Positions 24,403 to 33,921 of a stretch of DNA of 64,000 bases are shown piece after piece. Position numbers and translations under genes: made by a program. The notes beneath the pieces were generated by a model that saw only the letters and a program-made list of their open reading frames with translations, was not told the DNA's origin and searched no databases. This DNA comes from Fidelibacterota bacterium. GTDB taxonomy: Bacteria; Fidelibacterota; Marinisomatia; Marinisomatales; Marinisomataceae. The stretch lies in the NCBI GenBank assembly GCA_038280095.1, contig JAYPYG010000001.1:7392-71391 (forward strand). Reading direction: 5' to 3'. Numbering within the stretch: position 1 is the first letter of the stretch; every line of letters starts with the position of its first letter.

Positions 24403-26966
24403 GCTTCTTTTCAGACATAGAAAAATACGAAGACTTTGCTCCTCCAGGAGTAAGGCTCCCAGAGATTAATATTGAGCAAAAATATTACGACGAATTAGGT
24501 ATCAAAAACACCTCAACAAACTACGAGTTTTTGACCAATCTTTGTCGCAAAGGCTTTCGAGACAGAGCGCTCATAGGCGTGCCCAACAAAAAGGCTTATG
24601 GAGACAGAGTCAAAATGGAGTTAGAAATTTTAGAAGAGCTAGGGTTCACAGACTACATTTTGCTCAACTGGGATATTCTTAATTTTTGCCACGAAAACAA
24701 CATCCCAACTGGCCCAGGCAGAGGCTCCGCCGCAGGCTCATTGGTTCTCTACCTTATTGGGGTAACTCAAGTCGACCCAATTAAATACAGTCTTTTCTTC
24801 GAAAGATTTGTGTCAAAAAGTCGAGCAAAGAAAACAATTAAAGATGGAGTGACATACCTCGATGGGTCGCTGCTTGCTGACGTTGATAACGATATTGCAT
24901 TTGAACACAGACAAACTGTCATTAAATATATTGAGGACAAGTATCCTGGCCGAACTTGCAAAATCCTCACCTTAAACACGTTGAGCGGGAAGCTTTGCGT
25001 TAAAGAGTGTGGTAAGATTGCCGCAGGAATGACGGAGGAAGAAGTGAACCATTTGAGCGATGTTATTCCTAAAAAGTTTGGGAAGGTCGCCCCTTTAAAG
25101 GAGGCTAAAGAGGAAGAAGGTAAGTTTAGGGATTGGGCCGAAGCGAATCCTGAAGCTTACGACATTTGCCGTAAACTGGAAGGCTTGAACAAGAATACTG
25201 GAGTCCATCCAAGCGGAATCGCCATCTCATACGATAAGCTTGAAGACATCTGTCCAATGCAGACGACGGGCGACGGAGATATCGTCAGCGGTTACGACAT
25301 GAATTGGGTCTCAGAATTAACTGTTAAATTTGACATCCTTGGATTAAGAACCTTAAGCGTAATTTACGACGTATGCAGGGAGTTTGACATTGACCCAGTG
25401 AAAGACATTCCAATTGATGAAGATTTCATGTACGAACCACTCAAGGAGCTAAAAGCCCCACAAGGGCTTTTTCAAATTGAGGCAGATACAAACTATAGAG
25501 TGTGTCGCAAAATTAATCCAAGCAACCTAGAAGAGCTTAGCGCGGTTGTGGCTATTGCGAGGCCAGGAGCTATGGACTTCCTTGACGACTTTTCCAAATT
25601 CGTGGAGACAAAAGAGTTTCAAAGCGTCCACAAGCTTTATGACGAAATTCTTGAATACACTGGCGGGATTCCACTTTACCAAGAGCAGTTAATGCAAATG
25701 GCCGTGAAAATCGGATTCACGCTAGATGAAGCGGAGCAACTCAGACGCATTGTAGGCAAGAAAAAGGTCGAACTAATGCCAGCTTGGAAACAAAAAATTG
25801 AAGACAAAATAAAAGAAAACGACTTGCCAACCGACGCAGGAGAGTTTTTATGGAAAGTTGCAGAAGATAGCGCGAATTACTCCTTCAATAAGTCCCATAG
25901 TATTTCTTATGCAATGCTCGCTGCATGGACGACCTACTTAAAGTTTGTTCACCCACAAGAGTTTTACGTCGCACTCTTAAGGATGACGGAAAATGAACAG
26001 CAGCCCCAAGAAGAAATCCAGAAAATAACTCAAGAACTCAGGCATTTTAATTTAGAGCTTCTGCCGCCAGACTTAGCAAAGTCTAATATGCGATTCTCGA
26101 AAGAAGGAAGAAATATTCGTTACGGACTAAACAGCATCAAGGGCGTAAGCGAAAAATCACTAGAGGCTTTGCAAAGTTTTCGAGAGTCAGATTCCCCAAG
26201 TAAATATGACGTGTTTATAGACGCAAAGCAAGCGGGGATAAATATTGGTATTTTGTCTGCGCTAATTCAAGCAGGAGCGATGTCTTCATACAAAACAGCT
26301 CGCTCCAGAATGGTTTTAGAAGCTCAAGCGTTCAATAAATTAACAGAGAGAGAGAAGCGTCAATTCACACTATTGGGCGAAGAATGCGACTTTAACCTCC
26401 TGAAAAATATTATTGATGTAAAAAACGAAGAAAGAATCGGTGACGATAATAAAAAAATCATGACCGAGAAGCGATTCCAAACATTTAAAAAGCACTTTAA
26501 AAAATATCGCGAAATTTATGACAAAAATAAAGAGCACGAAACATTTGCAAACTGGTATTTTGAGAACCAACTTTTGGGATACTCTTACACAAGCAGATTG
26601 AAAGACATATTCTCAACTCGCAATAAGCCCTATAAGGATTCACAGTTTTTCTGGGAAGAAATGAGTAATGATGACGGAGATGTTTTTATAGGAACCGTGA
26701 AAGACGTTTTCAAAAAGAAGTCTCAAAAAAGCGGAGCGCCTTATATCAAGATTACGATTGCAGATGAAGTGGGCACAATTCAAGGCATGATGGGAGACTG
26801 GGGCAAGCAAATGGCTCTCTCAAAATATCTCGACAAAGGAGGGGTCATGCCAGAGAAAGGTAGCATTGTGACCATTTCTGGCCGCAAAAACGATGACATT
26901 ATATTTATGGACAATATGTCTGTTTTGGACCAAAAGATTTATATGAAACTTGCAGACTTAAAGTAA
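24399..26966 (+). CDS. dnaE: DNA polymerase III alpha catalytic core (lacks most of the PHP domain)
   Basis: 855 aa. GPGRGSAAGSLVLYLIGVTQVDPIKYSLFFERF, ARPGAMDF, YQEQLMQMA, FNKSHSISYAMLA, and a C-terminal OB-like region. Confidence 0.9.
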   Translation: MSFFSDIEKYEDFAPPGVRLPEINIEQKYYDELGIKNTSTNYEFLTNLCRKGFRDRALIGVPNKKAYGDRVKMELEILEELGFTDYILLNWDILNFCHENNIPTGPGRGSAAGSLVLYLIGVTQVDPIKYSLFFERFVSKSRAKKTIKDGVTYLDGSLLADVDNDIAFEHRQTVIKYIEDKYPGRTCKILTLNTLSGKLCVKECGKIAAGMTEEEVNHLSDVIPKKFGKVAPLKEAKEEEGKFRDWAEANPEAYDICRKLEGLNKNTGVHPSGIAISYDKLEDICPMQTTGDGDIVSGYDMNWVSELTVKFDILGLRTLSVIYDVCREFDIDPVKDIPIDEDFMYEPLKELKAPQGLFQIEADTNYRVCRKINPSNLEELSAVVAIARPGAMDFLDDFSKFVETKEFQSVHKLYDEILEYTGGIPLYQEQLMQMAVKIGFTLDEAEQLRRIVGKKKVELMPAWKQKIEDKIKENDLPTDAGEFLWKVAEDSANYSFNKSHSISYAMLAAWTTYLKFVHPQEFYVALLRMTENEQQPQEEIQKITQELRHFNLELLPPDLAKSNMRFSKEGRNIRYGLNSIKGVSEKSLEALQSFRESDSPSKYDVFIDAKQAGINIGILSALIQAGAMSSYKTARSRMVLEAQAFNKLTEREKRQFTLLGEECDFNLLKNIIDVKNEERIGDDNKKIMTEKRFQTFKKHFKKYREIYDKNKEHETFANWYFENQLLGYSYTSRLKDIFSTRNKPYKDSQFFWEEMSNDDGDVFIGTVKDVFKKKSQKSGAPYIKITIADEVGTIQGMMGDWGKQMALSKYLDKGGVMPEKGSIVTISGRKNDDIIFMDNMSVLDQKIYMKLADLK

Positions 26967-26971
26967 CATGC

Positions 26972-27000
26972 TTTACAAGCGGCAGTTCTTTTGATATAAT
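26972..27000 (+). promoter_or_regulatory. sigma70-type promoter (TTTACA-17-TATAAT) upstream of the Clp ATPase gene
   Basis: -35 at 26972-26977 and -10 at 26995-27000. ATG 27015 is 14 nt after the -10. Confidence 0.55.
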
Positions 27001-27014
27001 AATCAAAATCAAAT

Positions 27015-29480
27015 ATGAAGACTCAGCCGAATTTTACCCCACGAGCACAAGAATCAATACGAGAAGCGAGGTTAATAGCCTTAGAAAACAAGGAGTCCAA
27101 AATAACAATGGACCACTTGACTCTCGGCGTTGTTTCCATAGACAGTGTAAGTATCATAGAATTTTTTGATACCGCTGAAGTTGACCACGTAAAAGCGATT
27201 CAGTACATCACAAATAAAATAAAGCAAAACGGCGGCGATACACCCAAGCAACTCGAACCCGCAGAAGATTTTAAGCGCGTATTGCGAGCATCACACAACG
27301 CATCCATAAAAATGGAACATCCTTATGTTGGGGTGGAGCATATTCTCTTAGCTATATTTGAAGAAGGAGCAAATTCCTTGGTTCACTTTTTGGCGTCAGA
27401 AGGAGTCTCGATGAGAGACGCAAAAAGAATCGTTCAGTCTCGATTTTTAGTTGAAGACGCGGAAGAGGAGAGGTCAATTACAAAAACCCAAGAAAAGAAA
27501 GAGTCCCAAACCCAAGACCCATCCCAAAAGAGGAAGCAGAAAAAAGAAAAGTGTGCCACTTTTGAAAAATTCACCACCAACTTAAATAAGTTGGCGGAAG
27601 ACGGAAAGTTTGATAGTGTTATTGGTAGGAGTTCTGAAATAAAAGACGCGGCAGAGGTATTGTGCCGCCGAAATAAAAACAATCCAATTCTACTCGGAGA
27701 AGCGGGTGTCGGAAAAACCGCAATAGTTGAGGGGTTGGCACAAACAATCATTTTCAGCCAATGCACCAGCTTTCTAGAAAGCAAGACGATTTATGCAGTA
27801 GACCTTGCTGGAATGATTGCTGGAACAAAATACCGAGGTCAATTCGAAGAACGCTTAAAAAAAGTCATTGACGGGGCAGTCAATGACGATGATGCAATCC
27901 TCTTCATAGATGAGATTCATACTTTAATCGGGGCTGGTAGTGCGGAAGGCACTATGGACGCAGCAAACATACTCAAGCCACTTTTGGCGAGGGGCAAAGT
28001 TCGCTGTATAGGAGCCACAACAAGAAAAGAGTACAGGAAAACGATTTTAAAAGACGGAGCCTTAGACAGAAGATTCCAACCAATTATAGTAGAAGAACCG
28101 TCTGAAGAAGACTGCGTGAAAATTCTTAATGGAGTGAAAGCTAATTATGAAAAATTTCACAAAGTCGTTTATCCGCAAGCCGTAGTCAACGAGGCAGTAA
28201 AACTCTCCAGCAGATACATTACAGACAGATACCTTCCAGATAAAGCCATTGACTTGCTTGACCAAGCAGGCTCAAAAGCAAAAATTAGGGCATTTAGAAG
28301 ACCGCAAGAAGCCCTTGACATCGAAAAAGAGATAGAGCGACTTTATCTGTCCGAACAATGCTCAAGCGAACCTCACATTGTAATACGTAAAAAAGAGGAG
28401 CTTGTGAAAAAATACACAGCCATCATGGAGGCTTGGGCAAATGAATCCACATCACGAGCAACAGAGGTTCAAAAATCCGACATTCATAAAGTCTTAACTC
28501 AAAAAACAGGAATTCCCGTAAAAGACATTTCCCAGAGCGAGAAAGAGCGAATCCTTAACCTTGAGCCAAATTTAAACGAAGTAATCGTTGGGCAAGAAAA
28601 GGCAGTCGAGAAATTATGCAAAGCAATCCTGAGAAACAAGGCGGGACTAAACGATAGAAACAAACCCATAGGCTCATTTCTCTTTCTTGGCTCTAGCGGC
28701 GTAGGTAAAACATACCTCTCCCAACAACTCGCCCACTATATTTTCGGTGGCGAAAAAAATGTCATCAAGCTTGACATGTCAGAATATGGCGAAAAAGCCT
28801 CGACCGCGAAAATTACTGGAGCAGTTCCAGGTTATGTTGGGTACGAAGAGGGTAGCAGTATTATCGAGAGAATTAGAAAACAGCCTCACAGCGTCGTACT
28901 GTTCGACGAAATAGAGAAGGCTCACCCAGATGTACTGAATCTTTTACTCCAAATACTAGAAGATGGGCAAATAACAGACAGCTCAGGAAGAACCGCGAGC
29001 TTCAAAAGCTGCGTAATCATCATGACGAGCAACGTCGGTTCTCACCTCACAAAAAAAACCAACACAATGGGCTTTGGAGCATCAAACGACGACAACAACG
29101 AATCCGCTGTTCTTGAAGAAGCGGGAAAAGTTTTCAAGCCAGAGCTGTTGTCAAGAATCGAGTCAAAAGTCGTATTCAACAATTTAAAAGATGAGCAAAT
29201 CAGAAAAATCACAGAGCTTGAATGCGCCAAACTTGAGCGACGAGCAGAAGAAAAAGTGTCTTCAATCCACTTTGATGAAACACTGTATCAACACATATGC
29301 GACAAGCTTTCAAAAGAAAATAATGAATCAGGCGCACGACCTATTCGGACAATCATCAAAGAAGAAGTTGAGCAGCCCCTTGCGGAATCCCTCATCAACT
29401 GCGATTCACCATTTCAAGTCAAGGCAACAATTGCTTTTGATGGAGAGGTGCGCGTTACAATATACGAGGAAAGCGAATGA
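27015..29480 (+). CDS. ClpA/ClpC-type AAA+ unfoldase (Clp_N repeats + two AAA modules)
   Basis: 821 aa. Two Clp_N repeats (ITMDHLTLGVV and VGVEHILLAIFEE). D1 Walker A LLGEAGVGKTAIVEGLA, D2 FLFLGSSGVGKTYLSQQLA. A short coiled-coil linker. The loop TNTMGFGASND lies at the position of the ClpP-docking I/V-G-F/L tripeptide. Confidence 0.9.
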   Translation: MKTQPNFTPRAQESIREARLIALENKESKITMDHLTLGVVSIDSVSIIEFFDTAEVDHVKAIQYITNKIKQNGGDTPKQLEPAEDFKRVLRASHNASIKMEHPYVGVEHILLAIFEEGANSLVHFLASEGVSMRDAKRIVQSRFLVEDAEEERSITKTQEKKESQTQDPSQKRKQKKEKCATFEKFTTNLNKLAEDGKFDSVIGRSSEIKDAAEVLCRRNKNNPILLGEAGVGKTAIVEGLAQTIIFSQCTSFLESKTIYAVDLAGMIAGTKYRGQFEERLKKVIDGAVNDDDAILFIDEIHTLIGAGSAEGTMDAANILKPLLARGKVRCIGATTRKEYRKTILKDGALDRRFQPIIVEEPSEEDCVKILNGVKANYEKFHKVVYPQAVVNEAVKLSSRYITDRYLPDKAIDLLDQAGSKAKIRAFRRPQEALDIEKEIERLYLSEQCSSEPHIVIRKKEELVKKYTAIMEAWANESTSRATEVQKSDIHKVLTQKTGIPVKDISQSEKERILNLEPNLNEVIVGQEKAVEKLCKAILRNKAGLNDRNKPIGSFLFLGSSGVGKTYLSQQLAHYIFGGEKNVIKLDMSEYGEKASTAKITGAVPGYVGYEEGSSIIERIRKQPHSVVLFDEIEKAHPDVLNLLLQILEDGQITDSSGRTASFKSCVIIMTSNVGSHLTKKTNTMGFGASNDDNNESAVLEEAGKVFKPELLSRIESKVVFNNLKDEQIRKITELECAKLERRAEEKVSSIHFDETLYQHICDKLSKENNESGARPIRTIIKEEVEQPLAESLINCDSPFQVKATIAFDGEVRVTIYEESE

Positions 29481-29806
29481 CTCTAATAGGTGATTCTTCT
29501 AGCGATGTTGCGACGCAGTTCAAGGCAATCCCCAAGAGGCACTTAAGGGGGTACCTCAAAAACGAGCTTTTTCGATTCAATAATGGGATAAACCAGAGGT
29601 GCAGCGTGTATGGCGACTTACTTATTGACGTAATCTATGTAACAACAGAAATAAACGGCAAAACATATTATGGAGCTTCAGACAGTTTAATAAAGGACAG
29701 CGCAATGAAGGAGCGCCGAAACTACATTGCACAAGGGGATAGGTTGGTAGCAATGGACACTTTAGCCAGAATCCTCTCAAAATACGAAGGCGACAAAAAT
29801 TCATGA
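29477..29806 (+). CDS. hypothetical protein (109 aa)
   Basis: ORF with an ATGA overlap to the clp gene stop. Confidence 0.45.
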   Translation: MTLIGDSSSDVATQFKAIPKRHLRGYLKNELFRFNNGINQRCSVYGDLLIDVIYVTTEINGKTYYGASDSLIKDSAMKERRNYIAQGDRLVAMDTLARILSKYEGDKNS

Positions 29807-29891
29807 TAAGCCATAAATACAAATACAAATACAACGCAATGGCGACGATTGATATGGCGCTGCGCTCAAATAATCTCATCAGAGATTTTTG

Positions 29892-29920
29892 TTGACAAAT
29901 AAACTCACTTTTGCTATCAT
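29892..29920 (+). promoter_or_regulatory. sigma70-type promoter (TTGACA-17-TATCAT), leaderless geometry
   Basis: -35 at 29892-29897 and -10 at 29915-29920. ATG 29927 is 6 nt after the -10. Confidence 0.6.
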
Positions 29921-29926
29921 AAGAAA

Positions 29927-30316
29927 ATGAGAAAATTACTGTTAATTCTCGCTCTCATTGTCGGTGCATTCTCCACCCAATCATACCACATTCCCATTGA
30001 GGACCACCAATGCACTGGACTCATAAGAGTCATGCAGGTAGAAAAAACCATAGAAGACAACATTCCTCGTTATTATGTAAGAACAAATTCAGGCTGGATG
30101 GAAATCCGCTCAGCCTCAAAAAGAATAGAAGAAGACATTTACCAAACTCTTTTAAAAAACAAAAACAGAGTATTTGGCGCACTGTTTGTGGCCCCAATGT
30201 ACTACGGATATGCGCTAGATAACGCCCACAGTATTTTTGATATAACTCAACAACCATACGAAGAAATCGACGAAAGACTCAACCCCCAAAACCCAAACAT
30301 AGACAAAGAACTATAA
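29927..30316 (+). CDS. secreted hypothetical protein (129 aa)
   Basis: N-terminal signal-peptide-like MRKLLLILALIVGAFSTQS. Confidence 0.5.
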   Translation: MRKLLLILALIVGAFSTQSYHIPIEDHQCTGLIRVMQVEKTIEDNIPRYYVRTNSGWMEIRSASKRIEEDIYQTLLKNKNRVFGALFVAPMYYGYALDNAHSIFDITQQPYEEIDERLNPQNPNIDKEL

Positions 30317-30750
30317 TGCCTTATATCACACAAGAAGACAGAAAACGAGTAGACGAAACCAAAGTAGCAAAAACCCAAGGAGAATTAAATTACCTTATTC
30401 ATACAATTTTAGAGAAGCGCCTAAAGGTTTCTTATTCAACACTCAATGATTTAATTGGCGCTCTTGACGAGGCCCTAGATGCCACAATAAATTTCAAAAC
30501 ACTTATTGAAAATCAACCACAAGTCGTTCGGGACATCCACCATGCAATGGTTTCTTACATCGAGCACGACGCCAAGTATTCTATCGCCACAAACGAAGAA
30601 AGCGAAAAGAGGGCGGCAGAATTAAGTACCGAACTCAAGGGCGTAGCGAGATGTATTCAGCTCGAAATCTATCGTCGCATCGCCGCACCATACGAAGAAA
30701 AGAAAAAAGAAGAAAACGGCGATATATCTTTTTACTCTAACGCGAAATAA
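30316..30750 (+). CDS. conserved-looking hypothetical protein (144 aa)
   Basis: TAATG overlap. Contains GELNYLIHTIL ... LEIYRRIAAPYEEKKKEENGDI. Function unknown. Confidence 0.45.
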   Translation: MPYITQEDRKRVDETKVAKTQGELNYLIHTILEKRLKVSYSTLNDLIGALDEALDATINFKTLIENQPQVVRDIHHAMVSYIEHDAKYSIATNEESEKRAAELSTELKGVARCIQLEIYRRIAAPYEEKKKEENGDISFYSNAK

Positions 30751-30752
30751 CT

Positions 30753-32306
30753 ATGTCTCTTTGGTACGAATGCGGAAACGGCTCAGTAAGAGTCACATCA
30801 GGATGGGCCTACAAAAAGCATCCTCTAGATTTTTACATATGCTGCACAGGTCCTTCTTTGAGAGAAGTCTCAAACTCGGACTTTAAGCATCCAGGCATTT
30901 TTACGATAGGAATCAACACATCCTACCCATACATAAAACCAGACCTATGGATAGGCATGGACAAACCAGAGTGTTACGATTCAAAATTATGGTGGGAGCC
31001 ATTTAGGAAAATTTGCAGAGGCCCTTATATAAATACGCGCTTCCACGGCTATGAGCTAAAATCTATGCCAAACACCTTTTTTGCAGACGTGAAAAAGCCA
31101 GAAAAAGATGTGGAAATTTTTGAAAGAAGGGGTCATGATATTGATTTTATTTGGAGAAAAAACACTTTAGTCGTTGCTCTTCACACTGCGATATGGATGG
31201 GTGCGCAGAGAATTCATCTAGTTGGTTGTGACCTCGGCGGACCAAGGGATTATTACGATAATAGAGTTTTGACAGAAGAGCAAAAAGCACACAACAAAAA
31301 ACTGTACGACTCTCAAGTTATCTGGCTAAAGTGGTTTTATCAAGCAGCAAAAAAACGCAGGATAGAAGTAATATCCTGCTCGGAGCAGGCTCCAATAAAC
31401 GATATAGTTACTTACAAGAATATTCATGAGAGCTTAATTGAGTCTCGAAGAAGAGTTCCTCAAATAAACTCTGAAATAGTTCACGCTATTGATGCCAATA
31501 AGAAGCCAAAAAAAGAACAGCCTAAAGCGGAACCGAAAAAGCTGGCAAGCAAAAAAGCAGAAGTGGAAGTTTTAAACCCGAATGATAAGCTTAGAGTATT
31601 CGTTGGAGCATCAGAACAAGAGGGTGTTCCTACGAAAGTCTTAGAATCCTCTATAAAAAGGCGCGCAACAATTCCTGTTGGAGTTTACTCCCTTGGCGAG
31701 GTTATGGAAAAGAAAGGAATTAAAGTTCCCACGCCAAAAGACCCACAAAACAGACCTAAGACAAATTTTTCATTTCACCGCTGGTGCATACCTGAAATTT
31801 GCGACTATAAAGGAAAGGCAGTTTACTGTGATTCAGACCAAATCGTCTTAGAGGATGTAGCAGAACTACTTAAATTTTTCGACAAATATCCAGACAAAAG
31901 CGTATTAGTAATGTCAGATAAAAAGGATTATATCGAAACATCAGTGATGCTAGTAGACTGCGAAAAAGTAAATTGGGACATACGTAAGATTGTCCAAAAT
32001 TTAGATGACGGAAGCCTTAACTACAAATCCTTAATGTTTAAAATGGGGCTAGAGAGCAAAGGCGACTACATCATCGGCGCAGGTCCAGAATGGAATAGCC
32101 TTGACGAATTTGAAGAGGGCAAAACCAAACTCCTTCACTATACAAATAGAGGAACTCAACCATACAAAGGAGGCAAGAGTCCACTAACGCACCTTTGGAT
32201 GAATGAATTGTGCGCAGCCCTCAACATAGGATACGTATCCAAAGACGAAGTTGCGGGTGCTGTTAAAAATAGGTGGATTTCTACGAACTGCCTTCAAGCG
32301 AAATGA
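30753..32306 (+). CDS. two-domain glycosyltransferase: CstII/DUF115 (MAF)-like domain + GT8-like domain
   Basis: 517 aa. The N-domain FYICCTGPSLREVSNSDFKHPGIFTIGINTSY and NTLVVALHTAIWMGAQRIHLVGCDLGG parallel the CstII/DUF115 motifs (x-G-N-G-P-S-L ... and ... G-x-x-x-I-x-L-x-G-x-D). The C-domain has FSFHRWCIPEI...AVYCDSDQIVLEDVAELLKF, a GT8 DXD region. Confidence 0.5.
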   Translation: MSLWYECGNGSVRVTSGWAYKKHPLDFYICCTGPSLREVSNSDFKHPGIFTIGINTSYPYIKPDLWIGMDKPECYDSKLWWEPFRKICRGPYINTRFHGYELKSMPNTFFADVKKPEKDVEIFERRGHDIDFIWRKNTLVVALHTAIWMGAQRIHLVGCDLGGPRDYYDNRVLTEEQKAHNKKLYDSQVIWLKWFYQAAKKRRIEVISCSEQAPINDIVTYKNIHESLIESRRRVPQINSEIVHAIDANKKPKKEQPKAEPKKLASKKAEVEVLNPNDKLRVFVGASEQEGVPTKVLESSIKRRATIPVGVYSLGEVMEKKGIKVPTPKDPQNRPKTNFSFHRWCIPEICDYKGKAVYCDSDQIVLEDVAELLKFFDKYPDKSVLVMSDKKDYIETSVMLVDCEKVNWDIRKIVQNLDDGSLNYKSLMFKMGLESKGDYIIGAGPEWNSLDEFEEGKTKLLHYTNRGTQPYKGGKSPLTHLWMNELCAALNIGYVSKDEVAGAVKNRWISTNCLQAK

Positions 32307-33139
32307 AAATAGGGATTTTTGAATCAACACTTTCCTCCAAGGAGCACGTACGCCCAATCCACTCCCTTGCGGGAGGTATGCGAAAACTAAACCTAGAATT
32401 CTTTTTTAGCAAAGAATATAAGCCGTGTGACATAGCTGTTTCTTGGGGGGTTTACAAAAAAATAAAAAAAGAGACGAAGGTAAGGAATGAAATAAAGTTA
32501 AGGCAATTATCGAGAGGCAGAAGAACCCTAGTAGTGGAAAGGGGCTACCTCAAAAGAGATTCCTATTTTTCCATAGGATTTGATTCTCAAAATGGCTGGG
32601 CAGACTTTAACAACAAAACTTGCCCCATTGACAGATGGAGCAAACTTGGAATAAAGTTAAAACCAAAAATAAGCAAAGGCGAGAACGTCTTGTTTTGCGG
32701 ACAGGTTCCTTGGGACACGGCAGTTCAAGATATAGATTATATACAGTGGTGTAAGGATATAGTAAAATCTATAAGAGAAGTTACCGACAGGAACATAATT
32801 TTTCGCCCACACCCTCTTGGGCCAGACATGTCCAAACACATCAAAGAAACAAGGCGAGTTAAAATGTCAACGAACAAAAACATTTTAGAGGATTTTAAAG
32901 AGACTTGGTGTGCGGTAGCATACAACTCAAACGCTTTAGTCGAAGCAGCAATAGAAGGAATCCCTGTTTTCGCTTTTAATAATGGAGCGATGACATGGGA
33001 GATTGCAAACAAAAACATTACAAACATAGAGAACCCAAAACTTCCGCCAAGACAACAATGGGCCGCAAACCTAGCATACACTCAATGGACCCTTGATGAG
33101 ATGAAGGAAGGACTACCATTGAAACACTTACTATCATGA
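32303..33139 (+). CDS. putative capsule-type (KpsS/KpsC-like) glycosyltransferase
   Basis: 278 aa from ATG 32303 (ATGA overlap). ENVLFCGQVPWDTAVQ...NIIFRPHP resembles the Capsule_synth pattern (L-Q-V-x-x-D-S ... K-x-H-P). Weak evidence. Confidence 0.3.
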   Translation: MKIGIFESTLSSKEHVRPIHSLAGGMRKLNLEFFFSKEYKPCDIAVSWGVYKKIKKETKVRNEIKLRQLSRGRRTLVVERGYLKRDSYFSIGFDSQNGWADFNNKTCPIDRWSKLGIKLKPKISKGENVLFCGQVPWDTAVQDIDYIQWCKDIVKSIREVTDRNIIFRPHPLGPDMSKHIKETRRVKMSTNKNILEDFKETWCAVAYNSNALVEAAIEGIPVFAFNNGAMTWEIANKNITNIENPKLPPRQQWAANLAYTQWTLDEMKEGLPLKHLLS

Positions 33140-33921
33140 AAATATTCTCAACATTCAACGACAAAATATACCATTCTTCAGGAAGGGATTTAATCTTTTC
33201 GCTAAAAGGCGCGGGGATGATAGATTCATTTATCGGGTACTATGAATTTTCCGACAAAGAGAATGTTAAAACATTACTTAAACTCGCCCCAAACTCAAGA
33301 AATCTAAACTCCTCTATTTGTGGCGAAATAATAACAAATATTTTTAATAAAAATAAACATATCATCCCACAAAAACACGGAGGCACAGCACCTCAGGAAA
33401 TTTGCGACGACTTCTGGAATAGAAGATGGTTTAGCTGGTTTAAAAAAATAGCAATGGCGTACGACGCCCTATGGAGGGAAGATGCAGATGCTGGAGAAAT
33501 TTATCTTTTCCTAGACTCAGATATTCGAGTAATAAAGCCATTCAATCAGTTACAATTAAAAAAACTCATGAATGGCGCAGATATAGGCATACTAAAAGGC
33601 AATCGAGAGGCAGTTGAGGCAGGAGTAATTGCAGTAGACGCGAGAATGCTTATGGCCAGCAATTTTTATGAAAAGCTCCTTAGGTTATTCAGCTCAGGAG
33701 CGTTTCAAAATATGAAGAGGTGGGATGACGGATATGTTTTTGCAAAACTCATGAAAGGTGAGGGGCTTTGCAAATTTCACGATTTCGCAAAAGAAAAGAA
33801 ACAAAAAAAATTCACAAACTCAAATGGCCACGAAACAAACAACCAAATCTTGCCGTTCTCAGAGTTGGGCGAGTTTTTTGAGCACGACAAAGGAAAGCAC
33901 GTCAGAGAGTCAATAATATGA
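33136..33921 (+). CDS. hypothetical protein, possible DXD nucleotide-sugar transferase
   Basis: 261 aa. GEIYLFLDSDIRVIKPF is a DXD-like motif. Confidence 0.3.
   Translation: MKIFSTFNDKIYHSSGRDLIFSLKGAGMIDSFIGYYEFSDKENVKTLLKLAPNSRNLNSSICGEIITNIFNKNKHIIPQKHGGTAPQEICDDFWNRRWFSWFKKIAMAYDALWREDADAGEIYLFLDSDIRVIKPFNQLQLKKLMNGADIGILKGNREAVEAGVIAVDARMLMASNFYEKLLRLFSSGAFQNMKRWDDGYVFAKLMKGEGLCKFHDFAKEKKQKKFTNSNGHETNNQILPFSELGEFFEHDKGKHVRESII

Noticed and set aside
18890-26966. Inteins or self-splicing introns in nrdA, nrdB or dnaE
   Set aside because: Protein lengths (758, 356 and 855 aa) and motif spacing are normal. There are no Cys/Ser-...-His-Asn intein blocks and no interrupted reading frames.
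29815-29832. (AAATAC)x3 microsatellite in the intergenic region before promoter 29892
   Set aside because: There are only three units, no flanking structure, and no second copy elsewhere in the window. It is most likely incidental in AT-rich spacer DNA.
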